Assembly (NCBI GenBank): GCA_026025795.1
Contig: JAPEUG010000045.1
Coordinates: 1 to 64,000, forward strand
Direction of reading: 5' to 3'
Length of the DNA stretch: 64,000 nt
DNA from: Thelocarpon superellum
Taxonomy: Eukaryota
Shown piece after piece: positions 37,906 through 52,700 of the stretch. Every line of letters begins with the position of its first letter. Positions within the stretch are counted from its first letter, which is position 1. Position numbers and translations under genes: made by a program. The notes under the pieces are model-generated. The model made no database searches and had not been told where the DNA came from. It worked only from the letters and a program-made list of their open reading frames with translations.

Positions 37906-39892
37906 TCAGAGTCGAGACAGGACAAAATCCAACAAAGCGACGGTCTCATCCGGATTAGCGATCCACGCCGTCGTCGATGCCGTGCGAGCTTTGAAATCGT
38001 TGGCGCCGGCAGAAAGGAACTGGTCTCCTATATGGAGGGATTCGTGTCCTTGCACGGCGTCTCCTTCTTCTTTCCCGCTTTTTTCTCCCGCGCCCTCTTC
38101 CCCCTCTCCGCCCTCTCGTCCTCCTCCTTGTGCAGCATCTCCGCGCGGAATATGCCCATGCCGGACAGTTCCCGTAGACCGGGTCAGCCTCCGTCCAAAA
38201 AACACCTGACACGCTCTGACGCCCCAGCTCTTATCGCCAATGTCGACGAAGACGTCATTTCCCCCATTGAAGGCGCAAAAGGGGACACGACGGCCCGGGA
38301 CGGAGCGCTCCAGGGTCTTTTGCACCGCCATCACCGTCTCTTCTAGCTGTTCTCGACTGAGTGTTGTCTTTGCTGGTGCCGTCGTTGCTTGAGACATGGT
38401 GGCCTGAAAGGGCAACGTGGGCCGTTGCGGGGAAGATTCCGGCGCCACGGGGAAGATGCCCACCGCGCGCTCCTTGCGCATTATCGCCGCGGGGAGATGC
38501 ATCTCCTTCACGCACGTGCGCAACGCCCCCTCCGCCACGTCGAGTAAGGCCTGGACGTCGCGCTCCTCCCAGCTCTTCATCTCCGGCAACTCCCACTGGT
38601 GGCGGGGGACGGGGACGAGATGCGTGGCGGGATCGGCGTCGGAGTAGGCAAAGAGGTAGTTGCTCTCGCCGCCCATGACCACGAGGTTCCTGTGGCTCGG
38701 CGGGATGTGATGTGATCCGGCAAGGGCATCGATGAGGCCGTGCAGCCGCCAGTGGTAGCGCGAGGCTTCATCGTACCCTGCTGCGGTGACGATGCCGATG
38801 CAGAGACCATGGGCGAGCAGTGACAACATCCGGGGAATGACGGGGTTCGAGGGCTCCAGGCTTCCGCCGTCTTCGTACAGCGTCACGTCTGCGTCGAAGG
38901 TGATGAGGCGGAGGGATCGGGGGAGGCGCTGGCTCGGGCCGTCGGATCCTACCAGGCCCATCACCTGCGCCGTGTTGAGCGTGAGTCGGATGTCGTTGAA
39001 TGATGGCGGGACAAAGCGGCGCGAGCTGATGAACCGCCGTGCATCTTGGTACTTGAACGCCTCTTCGAGCTTCAGTGGCGTGAAGAACTGGCCGACGCTT
39101 GGCACGAGGAGCTTGAGTTTCGATTGAGCCGCTGTTCCTCGTTGTTGGTGCCATACTGCTCTCGTGTCAGTGTTTGCTTTTCGGAGGAGGGAGGTTTGGA
39201 GGGAGGATAGGAGAGGGGAGAGGAGCAAGCAGGTCCTACTGTGATCTTCGATCAACGCCTCCACGTCTCTCATGATCTCCGCGTATCGTCGATGCGCCGT
39301 ACTCTCCATGTGGGAGAAGACTGTGCTCTCTCCATCTCCCTCACCATCTTTCTCTCCACCCTGATTGTGTCTCGATCCGAAGTGTTCGGCCTCCTCCGGC
39401 CCCTCATCCCGGCGACCAGGATCACGAGAGAGTGTGGTAGGTTGAGAATGAAGAACAAAAGGAACAGCGAGGAGACCTTTGATCCATTCGATCTACATAG
39501 CATACATCGTCAACATCCGATCATCCACCACCCTCGTCGGACGTGGTTGCGTGGGTGGATGGATGGATGGATGATACGAACCAATTGATCTCGTCGGTGG
39601 GTCTACACGTGACGCGACGTGAGTAGATTGATCGATGTAGGACGACTGACGGTGTACACGCTGCACTCTACATACCTTGAGAGCATCTGACAAGAGATCA
39701 CGTCAGCCATATCCAGGGAGACTGTAAGCCGAACTGGATGGGTGGAAGATCAAGCCATCATTCCATGGGCACGTAAAAATCACGCATGTTTCGATCTGAG
39801 GTCGAGCAGCCAAACCACAACCCGGGAGACAAGGCAAGGAAATGCGCATGTCCAGTGCAAAACCTACACTCTACTCGATAGCGAGTGGTCAT
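37906..39892 (-). CDS. ISN1: IMP-specific 5'-nucleotidase
   Basis: Microexons 39892-39868, 39686-39676 and 39602-39582 rebuild MTTRYRVEYALKTHRRDQL-IEWIKGLLAVPFVLHSQP. Also ISSRRFVPPSFNDIR, TFDADVTLYEDG, CAFNGGNDVFVDIGDK, HIGDQF...GANDFKAR. Confidence 0.95.
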
Positions 39893-40160
39893 GATGCGAG
39901 ATGACCGTCCTGGTCGACTGCTGAGATGCGGGTCGAGGAGGGGTTACAAGTGCAGATTAGAGGTTCTAGCTGGCGGGGCAAACGAGCAACGACGATCGAC
40001 GATCGACGATCAACGATCGACGAAACCACGGGAGTCAGACGAAGTACGTCGTACATACTTCACTTGTATCCGTGTCACTCATATCTCGTATCAACACCCG
40101 AAACGCCACCCATCTCCCAATCCTTCTCGATGCTCCGGCAATGCAACAGATGCAACGTGA

Positions 40161-43100
40161 CTAGAAAAACGGGCACCACCCGATATACATGGCCGACAGC
40201 GATTCAGGACTGACGGCTTGCTGTATCAACTCGTGAACCTGTCCCTCCACAGACAGCGGCACCGATTCACCCATCATCAATCCCTTGACCTTTCCTCGCA
40301 CCGAATCCAACACTTCTTGTGGCGTCTCGGGCACTCTGGCGGTGGTTTTCTTCTGCACAGTGCTTAGTCTCTCGCCCGTCTGGGATCCGGCGTCTGCACG
40401 AGCTACCTTCTTCCCGATGAAATCCGTCGTCGGATCATAGACAAAGGTCTCGAGAATGGTCATCAACGTATCCTCGTTTTGTCGTAAGATTTGTAGTGTG
40501 AGTTCGCATGACTTGCGATAGGGCCCTGCATCGCGTGAGACGCGTTCTATCCTCGACGAGCCCAACGCACCTTCGTATCCGTACACCCCAAATGCATCGA
40601 CCATGTTATGCGTCAGACGAAAGGGTACTTTCTCGGGTTTGTCAAAGCTGAGACCCTAGATCGGGTGAGCGATGCCAGTCACTCCGGACGCCCTACAGAC
40701 CTTGTCAAAGAGACAGTTGAAATCCACGTGGAACGTGCCTCCATTCCCCTCTTCGAACAAGACATTTTCTCCATGTCGATCGCCCAGGCTAGCGGATGTT
40801 AGACGCTGAAAGCGCCGAAGAATGAACCACTCACCCCAGCACCATCCCCACCATCGACATCACTGCACATGACCGCGTATACTTCAGTCGCGCCGTGAAC
40901 CATGAACCCGGCTCCGGAAACATCTCGACGAACCACTCATGAAAGACGGCAGGGAAGCTGCGACGTCAGCAAATGAAAGCGCCGGCCAGCAAGAGACCTT
41001 ACCGGGGGAGAATCTGCTCCGTGAAGATGGACGACTTGGCCGGTTTGCCGTCGATTTGGTCCAGGAGAGCCCGAACCTCTGTATACTGCTCACGTCAACA
41101 CCACATCTCCGTCACCTCCTCCACCTTGCCCGATGTCATCCACACCTACATTCGGAGTCATTCCCTTGGCTTTGTAAAGCTTGAGCAAGATGTCCCGAAA
41201 TGTCTTGAGATTGTCCACCCATTCGATGAGGCCACATTCCTCATTGAGAGGCGTGACCGCGTATGTTTTGATGTCTGCCGCTGTGAGTCATCGGTCCCGA
41301 CCGCAGCGGGAGGACACGTACACAGTCGACGGGTGCTGGACTCCGCATCTCGTTTTAGGGAGCGGTTGATCATGGCATTGAACTCCATCAAACGTTGGTC
41401 CTTGCGGAGGTCGTCTCGTGGTTTACACAGCAGGCCATATACCTTCCCATCGGACCCGCGAACCGAGATCTTCCGAGGGCGTTGGAGCGAATTCAAGACC
41501 AGCACGTCGTCGAGGAAGGCTATCACCGTCAGTCCCTCCGTCACCACCGTGGAGTCCATCACCTACAAGAGATGGTCACGCTATCCCTGGCAAAAGCTTT
41601 GTGGCCCTTGGTGCTGTCCGCGATGGTGGGAAGGCCGGCGGTCAACGTCGCCTCCAGCGGCACGACCAAGGCACAGGGCGCCGATTTGTGGAGGAATCCT
41701 AGATCCTTGGACAGGCTGACCATGCTCGGCTTGCCCTGGATCACGCCGTCGCAGACGTTCAACAGCTGCGCGGACAGTCGCTGGCCCTGAGTGATCATCG
41801 TCTTCAGCTCCACCACCGTCAGACTGGATCGATGTCGTTTGTTGTCGCCTTTGATCCGCGTGAGACAGGTGGCACCGCGAGCCGCCCGGTCCTTGGACGA
41901 AGACTTGACCACGGCGAAGAGCGTCCAGAGCGCCTGCTGCGGATGGGTCGAGACCACTTTGACGATGATGTCTTGCAAGAGACCCAGCACCTCCTTGTTG
42001 GGATGACAGATGCGAGCCACGATCTGCGCCAGGGCGGTGTAGAACTGCCCTCGTCAGCCTGGCCCTTCCACCCTCCGGCCCGCACCCACCATATATGCCG
42101 GAAGCGTGTCAATGTACTTGCGCAGCGACGAGTGCACTTGTTCGAGCTGTTCGGCACGCGCAGCGATCAACGCTTCCTTGAACTCCCTACCGTCGCCGTC
42201 AGCGACGCCACCCCACCAGACAGGCAGCCACGTACTTCCCCGTGCCAAATCGGGGATCAATCGGACTGTGCACTTCAAAGCCCAAGTCAAGCCACAGGGT
42301 CAACATGCGAGGCAAGGTCTGGAAGATGTACTTGGCGCCAAAGCTCAGCGATCGGAGGTAGCTCTGGATCACGAGCTTCGCCGTTTCACCCGTGATGCTA
42401 GAACACATGAGCTCGCTGCCGAGACAACCGTCTCACGGCGGGCACCTACAAGGTCTGCGCCTGCTTCTCCGGCGGCCGCGCCTTCTCCGACTCGAACAGC
42501 TTGTTGTAATGTCGGCCGAGGTAGTAATGCCCCTTTTCCCACCTGCACGAGATGAGCAATGGACGGAGCCGGGTCAACGGGACAATTACCGAAGGTATGC
42601 GCGAGAAGCCACTTGGTAGCGATGAATGATACCCTGTGATTGGGTCTGGCCCGCTGAGTCCAGCCACTTGGCCAGGAGTAGATGTGCCTGTCGCCCGTCA
42701 GCCGTCCATCGTCTCCCTCGCCCCCGCGGATTCATGGCACGTACCCGGGCGGTGAGAAGATTCTGATAAGGATCCCGCTGCCCCACCGTACTGGCCGAGG
42801 TGTCATCTGGTCTCGCACTGTCGTATGGTCGAAAGGCATTGACGGCGATGGCACCCTCGAGGCTCTGGATGGCCTTGCGATGGTGTCCTTCCTTCCACAG
42901 CAGGCGCGAATGCTCGATCGTCGCCGCCTTGTCGCCCATCTTGGAGGCGTGCAGCACGGCGTTGAACGATTGCTGGATGAGATTGCTCTTGCGCGCCAGG
43001 CGGGCGCTTGTCAACCATACCGACGCCACGTCGTCGCGGAGATAGTCATTGCGCCTGTCACGGTCAATCTCCTTCCACCCTCTCGCGCGCTCGATCACGT

Positions 43101-46100
43101 ACGTGGAGAGTCCCATGGCCGCTCGTCGCAGGCCGAGCAGAAATTGCTTCTCTGCTGGAAAAGCCCCTAACACGTCCAGGCGACGGTCCAAGAGACGCGT
43201 CAAGACCGTCCGGTCATCGTAGTCGCCCCCAGGGTCACCGATCAGCTCCATGTCGGTCAGCACGTGGAGCTTGAGCAGATCATCATGACACGTCTGCAGC
43301 GATGCCGTCGCCGCGCGTGACAGGCCCTTGGCGATATTGCGGCGGAGCTGCGCAATTGTCATGGTGAAGCGTTCATGCTCCTCATGACACAGGCCCACGA
43401 GCGCCTGGGCGACACCCAGGTTGAAGTCGGCATTGACAGGATCCGGACACATGCTCAGGTACTTCTCCAGCGACTTCCATTTGCCGGTGACCCACGATGC
43501 CTCGACGGCGAAGGGCAGTAGCTTGGCATCCGGCGTGCTTGCTTGATACATGCTCTGGATCCGATTGAGCATGACGTCTGTCTCGTCAGTATGGCGACGC
43601 CGTGACCACACCCTTCCGTGGACTTACCATGCTGGCCGGATTCTCGGAGACACGTCAGGAGGCTGACCTGGAGCCCGACATTGTCCGGCCGATCGGCCAA
43701 TTGCATCTCGTACCAACTTTGCACCGCCGACCACCGCCCGGCCTTACGATGCTCCAGGATCTGCTGGTCGATGTGCAGCACGTGAAGATGGGCCGAGATG
43801 CCCTCGATCCCATCTGGCTCGTCGATTTCTTCGTAGATGTGCTGCAGCCGGGCGTAGAGCTGTTCCATCTTGGGCGAGGCCGCGCTGCGCTGGGCCTCGT
43901 TCCGCTCGAGTCGGATGTGCTGCTCCCAGTGGAACAAGGCGCGCGCATACGACTTGCATTCCACGGCCCGGCGCGAGATCACCTCAGCCGGGATGCACGA
44001 CAAGACGCGCTCGATGCGCTGGAGCTTGAACGATTCCACCATCCGCCCGTCCTCGGGTTGCGACCGACCGCTGTCGCGGTTCAGCGCGGGCCGGGGATGG
44101 CCGGCGCCCTTCTTGTGCTCTTGCATCCAGCGCGAGAGATAGTCGAGCACGTGGAAGACGGTCTCGCTACAGAGTTTCAGATTCTCTCGCTCGGCGTGTG
44201 AGGCCCCCGGGGCGTTGTGCTGCAAGACGGTCAGCAGCTCGAGGCCCACTTCTTCCGCTTGCTCCTCGGGCCCGCCAACGATGACGTTGAGCGCGGTGAA
44301 GGGCAGAAGGAAGTTGGCAATGGCGATGTCTTGCGCGCGGATCGTACGGCTGCAGACGGGAAAGAGCATGCACGCGTTGTCGCCCGTGCCCTTTTGGAGC
44401 AGGTCCGTGACGAAGGTACGCAGCCAGGTGCCGTGGCTCAGCTCGGCGGAGAAGATGGGATAGGAGCAGGCGGGCCGGGTGGTGGCGACGGAGACGACGT
44501 AGCGCGACGTCAGGAAAGGGGTCAACGTGTTCCGGATGGACTCTGGTAAGGCGATCCACCGCCGATAGTTATCGCTGGCGCGCGCGTCCTGGAATCGATG
44601 TGTCACGGTGGCGTCGACGTCGCAGAACTTGAGCAATTCCTGCATGGCAAAGGCCAGAAAGCCCTGGGCATTGGTATTGGTAGCGGACATGAAGGCCTTG
44701 ACGAGAAATTCGCGGAGGAGGAAGAAAACCCAGTCCACCGTCTCGTCGGCCGAGTCGAAGTTACTCAGCACCAGGATGTCCGGTTGCTCGCGCACGGCCT
44801 CGACGCGCGTCGGGTCGAGGCAGCCGATCAGGCCGACGCACTCGGCGCACAGCCGGGGCAGGTCCGTCTCCAGCGCAGTGAAGCGGATGCAGGCGTCCAG
44901 GATGGCGCGCATGAGGTCGGCCACCACGGGGTCCGGTTGCTCGCTCACCGCGGCGGTGTGGAGAAATGACTGGTGCTCGCGCAGATAGGGGATGAGCTCG
45001 ACCATGGCCTGCTTCACCACCGTCACGTTCTCGTGCTGGCACCGATGGCTGAAGGCCAGGTAGTGGTGTCGCACATCCATCTGCGCTTTGAGCTTGGCAA
45101 TCTCGGCCTCATACTTGGCCATCAGCGGGATCGCGGCCAGCGACGGGATCGCACCGATGTTCGCCTTGATCACGTCGCCGTGCCGCCTCAGGAGATGACC
45201 GACCATGGCGGCGGCCTGTTGCTGCACCAGTGTGCCGAGCTCCTCCCACTTCTGCACCACGATGCAGAAGGTACTCTCGATCATGCACTCGATCTCCTCC
45301 GCCTCGAGGCTGACCATCATGGTGGCCCACGTGGCAAAGGCCTGATCACGCAGCGCATCGACGCCCAGGGCGGATTGCAGACAGGCACAGATCTGATCCG
45401 ATCAGCGTCTTGGCTCGACCATCTTCGTGGCCGAAGGCGGCGGAGACTCACCTGGGGCAAGGCATTGCTGATGTGTCCCTTGGCCAGCCGCATCATCTCC
45501 TCCATACCACACAGACATCGATACTTCTCTTGACGGGGCTGGCAGGCACGCACGTCGTTGATCACGTCGGCGAACTGGGCGATGATGCCCAGCACATTGG
45601 CCTCGAAGAAGGCGCCCACCGTACTGTCCCTGAGCATGGGTGCTCTCGCCGGACCCGTCTTGCCCATGGCCAGACTGGCCAGTACCTGGATGCCGTGAAA
45701 GACCTAACGAGGATGGTCAGCACGAGGAGGCGGCGTGCAGAGACACCGCTCACCTGAGCCTTCTGTGTTCCCTGCTCTTCGCCCGCCGCCTTGAGCAGTT
45801 CCACGGCGATTAAGATGGGTTCCGAGCGGGCAAGGTCCACCAGCTCCACTTCGTGAAACTTGGCGGACGCGTGACCGAGCAGGGACATTGCCATGCCCTC
45901 CACGTCCGCGGCGGGTTGGACCAACAGCAGGGCCAAGATGGCCGCCATGTTTTCATTCTCTACACACATGGTCCATACCGTAGTCTCCCTCCCGCGCGCC
46001 TGGGCAATTTTGCCGATGACATCCTGCTTCCGGGTCAACACGAGATAGGGGAGGGTATCGCGCTGTGTCAGAACCAGGAATTGGGCGACGGTGATTTCCA

Positions 46101-48613
46101 GCAGATCACATAGCAGCTGCACCGTTTGAGGCCGGGTTTGGAGATCCCGCACAACGGTGATGGCAATGGAGCGCCAGAAAGGCGACAACAAGCGCTTGGG
46201 GTCGAGGTCGCGCGTCTGCGCCAGAGTAGCGAGCTCATTAAAGGCGACGCCATAGACCAAGGGGTTGGTGTGGCCCAGATACTCCACTAAGCGCAGCAGG
46301 ACGATGTTGAGCTCGGCATCGATGGAGACGCTATCGAGGCATCAGTGGGGGTCATGATCCAGCCGATGGGACCACTCACCGAGCCACCTGGCCCCACGAG
46401 AGTACGCAGGTTTCTTGAAAGCCAAGTACATTCTTCTCCGACAGGGTGCGGAGGAACTCCAAGGCTACTCGGCGGTTTTGGGCGAGTGTCTCACCGTCCA
46501 GGCTGGTCCGGAGGAACGCCGGCAACGTCTTTCTAAGGCGTATGTCAGTTGGAACGCATGACCAACCCGCGGCCTCCACGTACCCCGCCACGATGCGTAG
46601 CTCTCGCAGGGAGCTGTAGTGAGACTGCAAGCACCATTGACCCAGCGGGGAGTCAGCCAGACGCAGTCTTGACGGCTCAGTACCATGGACGACGAGCTTT
46701 CGGACGGCCATCATTGCATAGATGCGAGACGTCGTGGACTGTTGGAAGGCCGGAGCGTGGAGCAGCTGGGTCATGGTCTCAAAGGCGATGGCGCTTTGAT
46801 CATCGTCCCATCGAGCGGCGGGAGACAATGGGTCGTGAACAAACTGGCACGCGCGACAGGCTGAGGTCTCGTTGACGCCATGCTGTTCACCAAGGATCAC
46901 CGGAGAGCTTGCGCTCGCACACGCCAGCCATCCGAGGGCATCGAAGGCTTCACATTGATCGGTGGCAGATAATTTGGCAAAGCAGTCGGCGGCCACGATA
47001 TGAAGGCCATCCAAGTCCGCAGCAGCCTGCGAGCCCAAAAGACGGTAGACTTTGCGAGTCAACTCTTTTCGGCGGTCTGGCTCGGTGGTCGAATAGGGAT
47101 CGCATGACACGCGTTGTCGCTTGGGGGGTCGGCCCGCGTCGTTGGCGGGGTTAATCAGACGCAGTCTTCCAAGCTGCTTGTCAAGCACCTTGTCGTCAAG
47201 CGCCATCACTCCATGCGCAGGGGCAACGAGATGCTGCTGGACTGCGGGCGAGAGGTGAGAATCTTCCTCGTATTTCCAGATCAACAAGGAGATGATACGC
47301 TGTGTAAGTCAGCACACTTCATAGAGTTATATCGACGAACCCACCCGGAGATCCTGGGTCCACGCGAGGACCTTGGACGCGTCCTCGCACACGGCCATTA
47401 TGGCCGGACAGAAGGTCTCGGTCATCATCTCGGCCGTCTGACTGGACTTCTCACACGCACGGGCCAATTCGATCAGGGACAGGCCTAATGACTGGTTCCC
47501 GGCGTCGTCGAGGTAGTCCGGAAGCCACGGCAGAGCCGTTGCGATGATCGCTGCCCAGGACATCGTCACCTTGTAGGCGTAGATGGGATTCCGTGGCACG
47601 GAGAGAATGGGGGCTGTCAAGGACCGCGTCAGTTGCAGTATCCGGGTCCCGATGTCATTGCACTTCTCGCGCACGGTGTCAAAGGCGTTCAGGGCCTGTA
47701 GGCCGCGTGAGAGCTCCGCCGCGGCATCCAGTGCCCATATCAGGACATGTGCTTTGCGAGACGTCACTGGCTGTGGGCTTGGCAATCCGGGGTCGGGGGC
47801 GAGGAGGGATAACAGCGTCACTGCCATCACGATGGCATCGGTCGTATCGCCAAGGGCGAGTTGATAGACATTGGCGGCCCCAATCGAGGATCCATCCAGT
47901 CCCACGGCGAGAAAGGCAGTTGGAGGCATCAGAATGCTCACGCGGTGCGCACTGGAGGATTGAACGGCACAGGCTTCCTCCACTCCCGACACCAACGCGC
48001 CGACGCATGCCTGGACATAGCTGCAGATCTCGGCCTGATCCCGCCATTCATAAGAGGATTCAATTGACGCGGTGAGCACTGTCCTCAGGAGTTGTACAAT
48101 TCCATCGTGGAGTGTTTCGGCGCGGCGTAGCGTCAATAGCTTCAAGAGCTTCGGGAGGAGCCAGACGTAGAGTGGCGGGACTGACGGGTTTCGCCCAAGA
48201 TGGCCATCATTGATGCTCAGCAGGAGCACGGCCGGGTTTCGTTGGATCGTCAAGTGGATGACGGCCAGGCTCTTGGTAGCTTGGGGCAACAGTGCATCGA
48301 TGGCCAGGAAGGGGTCGTCTCCGAACAGCACCTCCAGCCCGGCACGGGTGACCACCGAGATCAGGCGGCCGTTCACGTCCACGTCGGCGTCATTGCTCAC
48401 ATCTTCCGCTGCCGTACCCTGACCAGCATCGAGGATCTCAGAGAGCAGCTGCTCAAAGTTTCCATCCCCCTGGGGCCGGGCTTGTCCGTTCGGGAGGGGC
48501 ACATTGTCTACGAGCTGGGCCGCGAGAGTAGACTGTGGTGGGTCGGGACCGAAGGAAGGTGGGCCATCAGAGAGCGGTGGACGCGGGGGACGACGCTCAT
48601 TACCCCGAGCCAT
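40161..48613 (-). CDS. MEC1: ATR/Mec1/Rad3 checkpoint PI3K-like kinase
   Basis: UME/HEAT region; FAT (YARALFHWEQHI, IDEPDGIEGI); kinase (KPRDDLRKDQRLMEF, GDRHGENIL, HVDF); FATC ending LSAMYIGWCPFF*. Many introns. Confidence 0.96.
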
Positions 48614-48934
48614 CTCTCATCTGCACCGACAGCCGGCATATGACCCATCTGGGGTCGAACATTCCCAGGTGGGGTCCACATGTTTACCGTGGCGGAGGCG
48701 GACGAGGCGAGAGTGAAAACGCGAACGCCTGATCACGTGCTGATAACCAGCCACATCCCGTTCGAGCGCTAACGGATCGAAGAGCGAAGGATGCAGATGG
48801 CGAGTTGAGAAGTCATCTCGCCCTGGAGGACGACGAGAGTCTCGGACATTCTACAGCATCGGGAGGAGAGGGAAGCAAGCAAGACACAACGCCAGAAGGG
48901 AAAGGCATCAAAAACAGTATCACACGACGCCGCA

Positions 48935-49374
48935 ATGTCTCCCACCTTTCCCTCCAAAAAATACGTCTCCGCAGCGGCCAGCACAGGCACGATTGCAGCA
49001 CGGTATCGACAACAGATGTCACGCCATCCCTTCCTGCTCTTCGGCCTGCCCTTCTTAGCCACCATTGTGGCCGGCTCGTTCTTCCTAACCCCTGCCACGG
49101 CGATCCGGTACGAGAAACATGATCGCAAGGTGCGCCGCATGACGGAGGACGAGCGGCTGGGCGTAGGGCGTGAGGGCGGGAGGAAGGTCAGCGCTGAGAG
49201 CGTGGCCGAGGAATACTATGTATGTGTGTCTACGACCCGGATGGGGTTTTCCTTCGCGAATTTATGTGGCGATCGCCGACTGATGCTCGACAGCGCCTGG
49301 CTGGCAAGGACTTGGATGACTGGGAGCAGAAACGAGTCAAGCGACTTCCGGGCGAACACGACGGCATTCTCTAG
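48935..49374 (+). CDS. COX16: Cytochrome c oxidase assembly protein Cox16
   Basis: HPFLLFGLPFLATIVAGSFFLTPATAIRYE; intron 49220-49293; EEYY/RLAGKDLDDWEQKRVKRLPGEHDGIL*. Confidence 0.94.
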
Positions 49375-49409
49375 GTCAGACATTACCATCTTGCGCATTC
49401 AGTTCTTGT

Positions 49410-49449
49410 CACTCGCCACCCGCCACCCGCCACTCGCCACTCGCCACTC
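49410..49449. repeat. 7-nt tandem repeat (CACYCGC)n
   Basis: cactcgccacccgccacccgccactcgccactcgccactc. Confidence 0.8.
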
Positions 49450-49743
49450 AGGCGCCGCTCCTCGAGCGCGTGCCACGGGTATCAAACGGGACTCACGACT
49501 CGGGACGCGGGACGCGGGACGCGCCCATGGCCGCCTCCTCCCCGTCGCCTTCCGCCCGTCCGCCCTCCCCAAGATCTATCAGTCCCCAGACATGAGAATG
49601 GCCTGACACGGAACGCCGGAGGGAGTAGGGCCGTCGTGGGTGACGGTCTATCCACCATGTGCGCCAAGAACGGAAAAATATCACGCGGCGATCCGGCCAC
49701 AGCACAGCACGTGCAACGGGAGCAGCGACTGCCGAGCCCCATG

Positions 49744-52700
49744 TCAGTGCGCGGACCCGTTCGCCTGCATTAGTACCGGTCCTTGTGATGGGACCTGTGC
49801 CTGCGCTTGTGCCGCCGCCACTGCGTTGGCTTCAGCCTGATGCACCACACTCTGCACCACCCCCTGCTCATCCGGCGTGAGGTTCTTGGTGAGGCTGTCA
49901 TACAGCGGCGGCTGTTCCTGTTGGAGCTCTGCGGCCTATCAGTAGGATGCTTCATGCCGACGCATCGAGAGATCGGGGCGAACGGACTGAGTAGCGCATC
50001 ACGAAATAAGCCATAGGGCTCAAGCCGGTCGAGCGGCGTCTCGAGGAGACTCTCTTCCTCCAGTTCCTCTTCGTCGTCGTCTGTACCCGCACCGAACTTC
50101 TGCGCCTAGGTGCCTGGTGAGCCTCGTAATCATCACGCCTCAGCCCTATAGAGCGTGACTCACCTCCTCGTTGAGGAAGTCAATGTACGCCGTGCTCTCG
50201 TCTCGCACGTCTTCCTCAGCCTCGTCGGCCTCCACGGCCCACGACGTGTCCGCCTCCCACGCTTCGCCGCTCTCCTCGTCGTCATCAAAGTCGTCCTCGA
50301 GCGTGAAATCCTCCTTGGTGGCATCTTCACGGTCTAAGCCACGGGTCAGCCACGATCGGAATTGGGGAAGGAGCACGACGACGCACTCTTCAGGGCGGCC
50401 GGCAGGGTCTGGAACAGGCGAACGATGCCCTGCAGCAGGCGCGGCCAGCCTTGCTGCACGCTGAGCGGCACCTGATCTGCCCGGAGGGTCAACAACGACA
50501 CGATCGCCGCGATCGAGAGCTTCTTGTCGTGCACGCGCGAGAAGTTGTCGATGTTGGAGAACCAGAGACTGAAGAACTTGTTGGTCCACCCATTGCTCTC
50601 CAGCACGTGCAGGGCCAGGGTGGGATTGTAGTAGATGGCGTTGATCACCATCTCCATCAGGTGGATCCGGTATGATTTGACCTTGGCCTCTTGGTTCAGG
50701 ATCGTCGTCATCCCAAGCCCGATGAATTTGGGGATCTGTGCGTCCACGTGGCCGCGGAGGTTGAGCATGACGGCTTCGGCCAACTTGCAGCCGCAGATCC
50801 GGTCGACCCCACCGACCTTCTCGTCGCGGAAGATGTCGTCGACCATGCCGACGATGGCGTCGAGGTAGGCCGGATGCTGCACGAGCGTCTCCGAGCCATA
50901 CGCCACGAAGTTATCCAGGGCCGGGAGCATGTCTGTTCGCACTCGTCAGGCCTGCCCCACGCGCATCAAGTCCACGTCCTTCGGACGCACCTTCGAGGTA
51001 GAGCTCGGCACCGCCTTTGAAGGTCTGGTGAATGAGCTCGAACGCCTGCCACATGGTGGGCGAGATCTTCTTGGCGGAGAAGGTGCAGCTGTCGATGATC
51101 TCGAAGATCTCATTGTACAAATCTAGACGAGATCAGCACGGACGGTCCTCGAGGCGGCATGAAAACACCGACCGTAGAGTTTGTTCTCCAGTGTCACGGT
51201 GATGACGGGCATCAGGATGGTCTCGAGGTGAGCCAAGACATCGGGCGTGCTCTCGAGGGTGAGGATGAGGGTGCCGATGGTCTGCAAGACACCGAGAGCG
51301 GTGATGCTCTTGTCGTCCAGCACGTCCCCGTAGCTCTCGCCGCCGTCCTTGGACTGGTTGCGCTCGACCAGCTCGCGCACGATGCGCAGATACGTGTCCC
51401 GTAGCTGCTCCGTCAAGGCGACCGCGAAGGGAGTGAGCTCGGCGGCAAACACTTCCACAAAGTCCTCCATCACGTTGGCCAGGGCGTCGACGTCGACCTC
51501 GTTGGCCAGCTTCAGGAGCTGCTGCATGATCTGCGGGATGTTCTGCTGCATGGCGTTGCGGATGATGTCGTGGCGGATGAGCGGCTGCAGCGCCAGGGCT
51601 GCCTCGACGCGAACGGGGAGATCGGGGTCCGCCATGGACTCGAGGATGTTGCGATAGATGATGATCAGGTTGTTGGGATCTTTGAAGTTGAGCTGCTCAA
51701 ACTTCTCCAACGTGTCGCAGGCGCGGGCACGCAAGTAGCCATGCGGGCTGCGGAACTCGGGAAAGACGTGGCGCACGAAAAAGTACTCCACCTGGTCGGC
51801 GATGGGGCTCTTCTTGGCCAGAATCACGCTCGACAGGGTCCCGATCATGCGCAGCGCCCCTTCCTTCTCGCGCGGGCTCTTCTGCTCGTCGGGGGCCGAC
51901 TCGTACTTGTTGACGATGCCGTTGACGAAGTTGAGGATGGTAAAGGTCTGCTTCTTGCGGCTCTTGGTGAGCGTGACGAGGAAGTTGGTCGCGGCCACAT
52001 CGGGGGCCGAGACCTCCTCGTAGAAGTTGAGCTTGCGGTGTAGATACTCGGGCGGGTCGGTCTCGAAGAGCTCGAGATCCTCGTCGGACTGGCACAGAAT
52101 GGGAAAGAGGAAGTGCGCGACGAGATTGTCGAGATGCGGTTTCAGGTGGACCCACATGGACTTGGGCTTGACGCATTCATCCAGATACGAGAGGGTAAAG
52201 GACAGGCAGGGCTTGCTCAGCCACGTCGTCTTGGCCACCCACTTCTCGATCTGCTGCAGATAGGCCTGGAGGATCTCGGGGGCAAAGTTGGTGATGAAGT
52301 TCTTGGAGAAGTCGGCGTAATGGTCGCCATGGCTCTTTTGCAGCGTGCTGGGATTGCCGTAGCGCACGAAGAGCCGGTTCAGGTTGGCGTAGGCCCATTT
52401 CTTGGCCTTCCACCAGTGATTGGCCTCCCGCTCGTCCACGTCGTCGGACAAGGCCTCCGGCGGGGCCTCCTTGGCGATGACGCGGAGGAAGAGTGAGCAC
52501 CAACCCACGATGGGCTCATGCTCCCGCAGATGGGGCGGCAGCTCGAACTGGGTGCACCATGGTCAGCGCTGCGAGGACTGAGGTCCCGCGCCAGGTCGAG
52601 GAGCGGGACGGACCGGGCCGACATACATAGGTGGCGTGTTTGTAGGCCTTCATGACGATCCGCAACATCTCGCCCGCCTCGTTGCTCGACTCATCCACCA

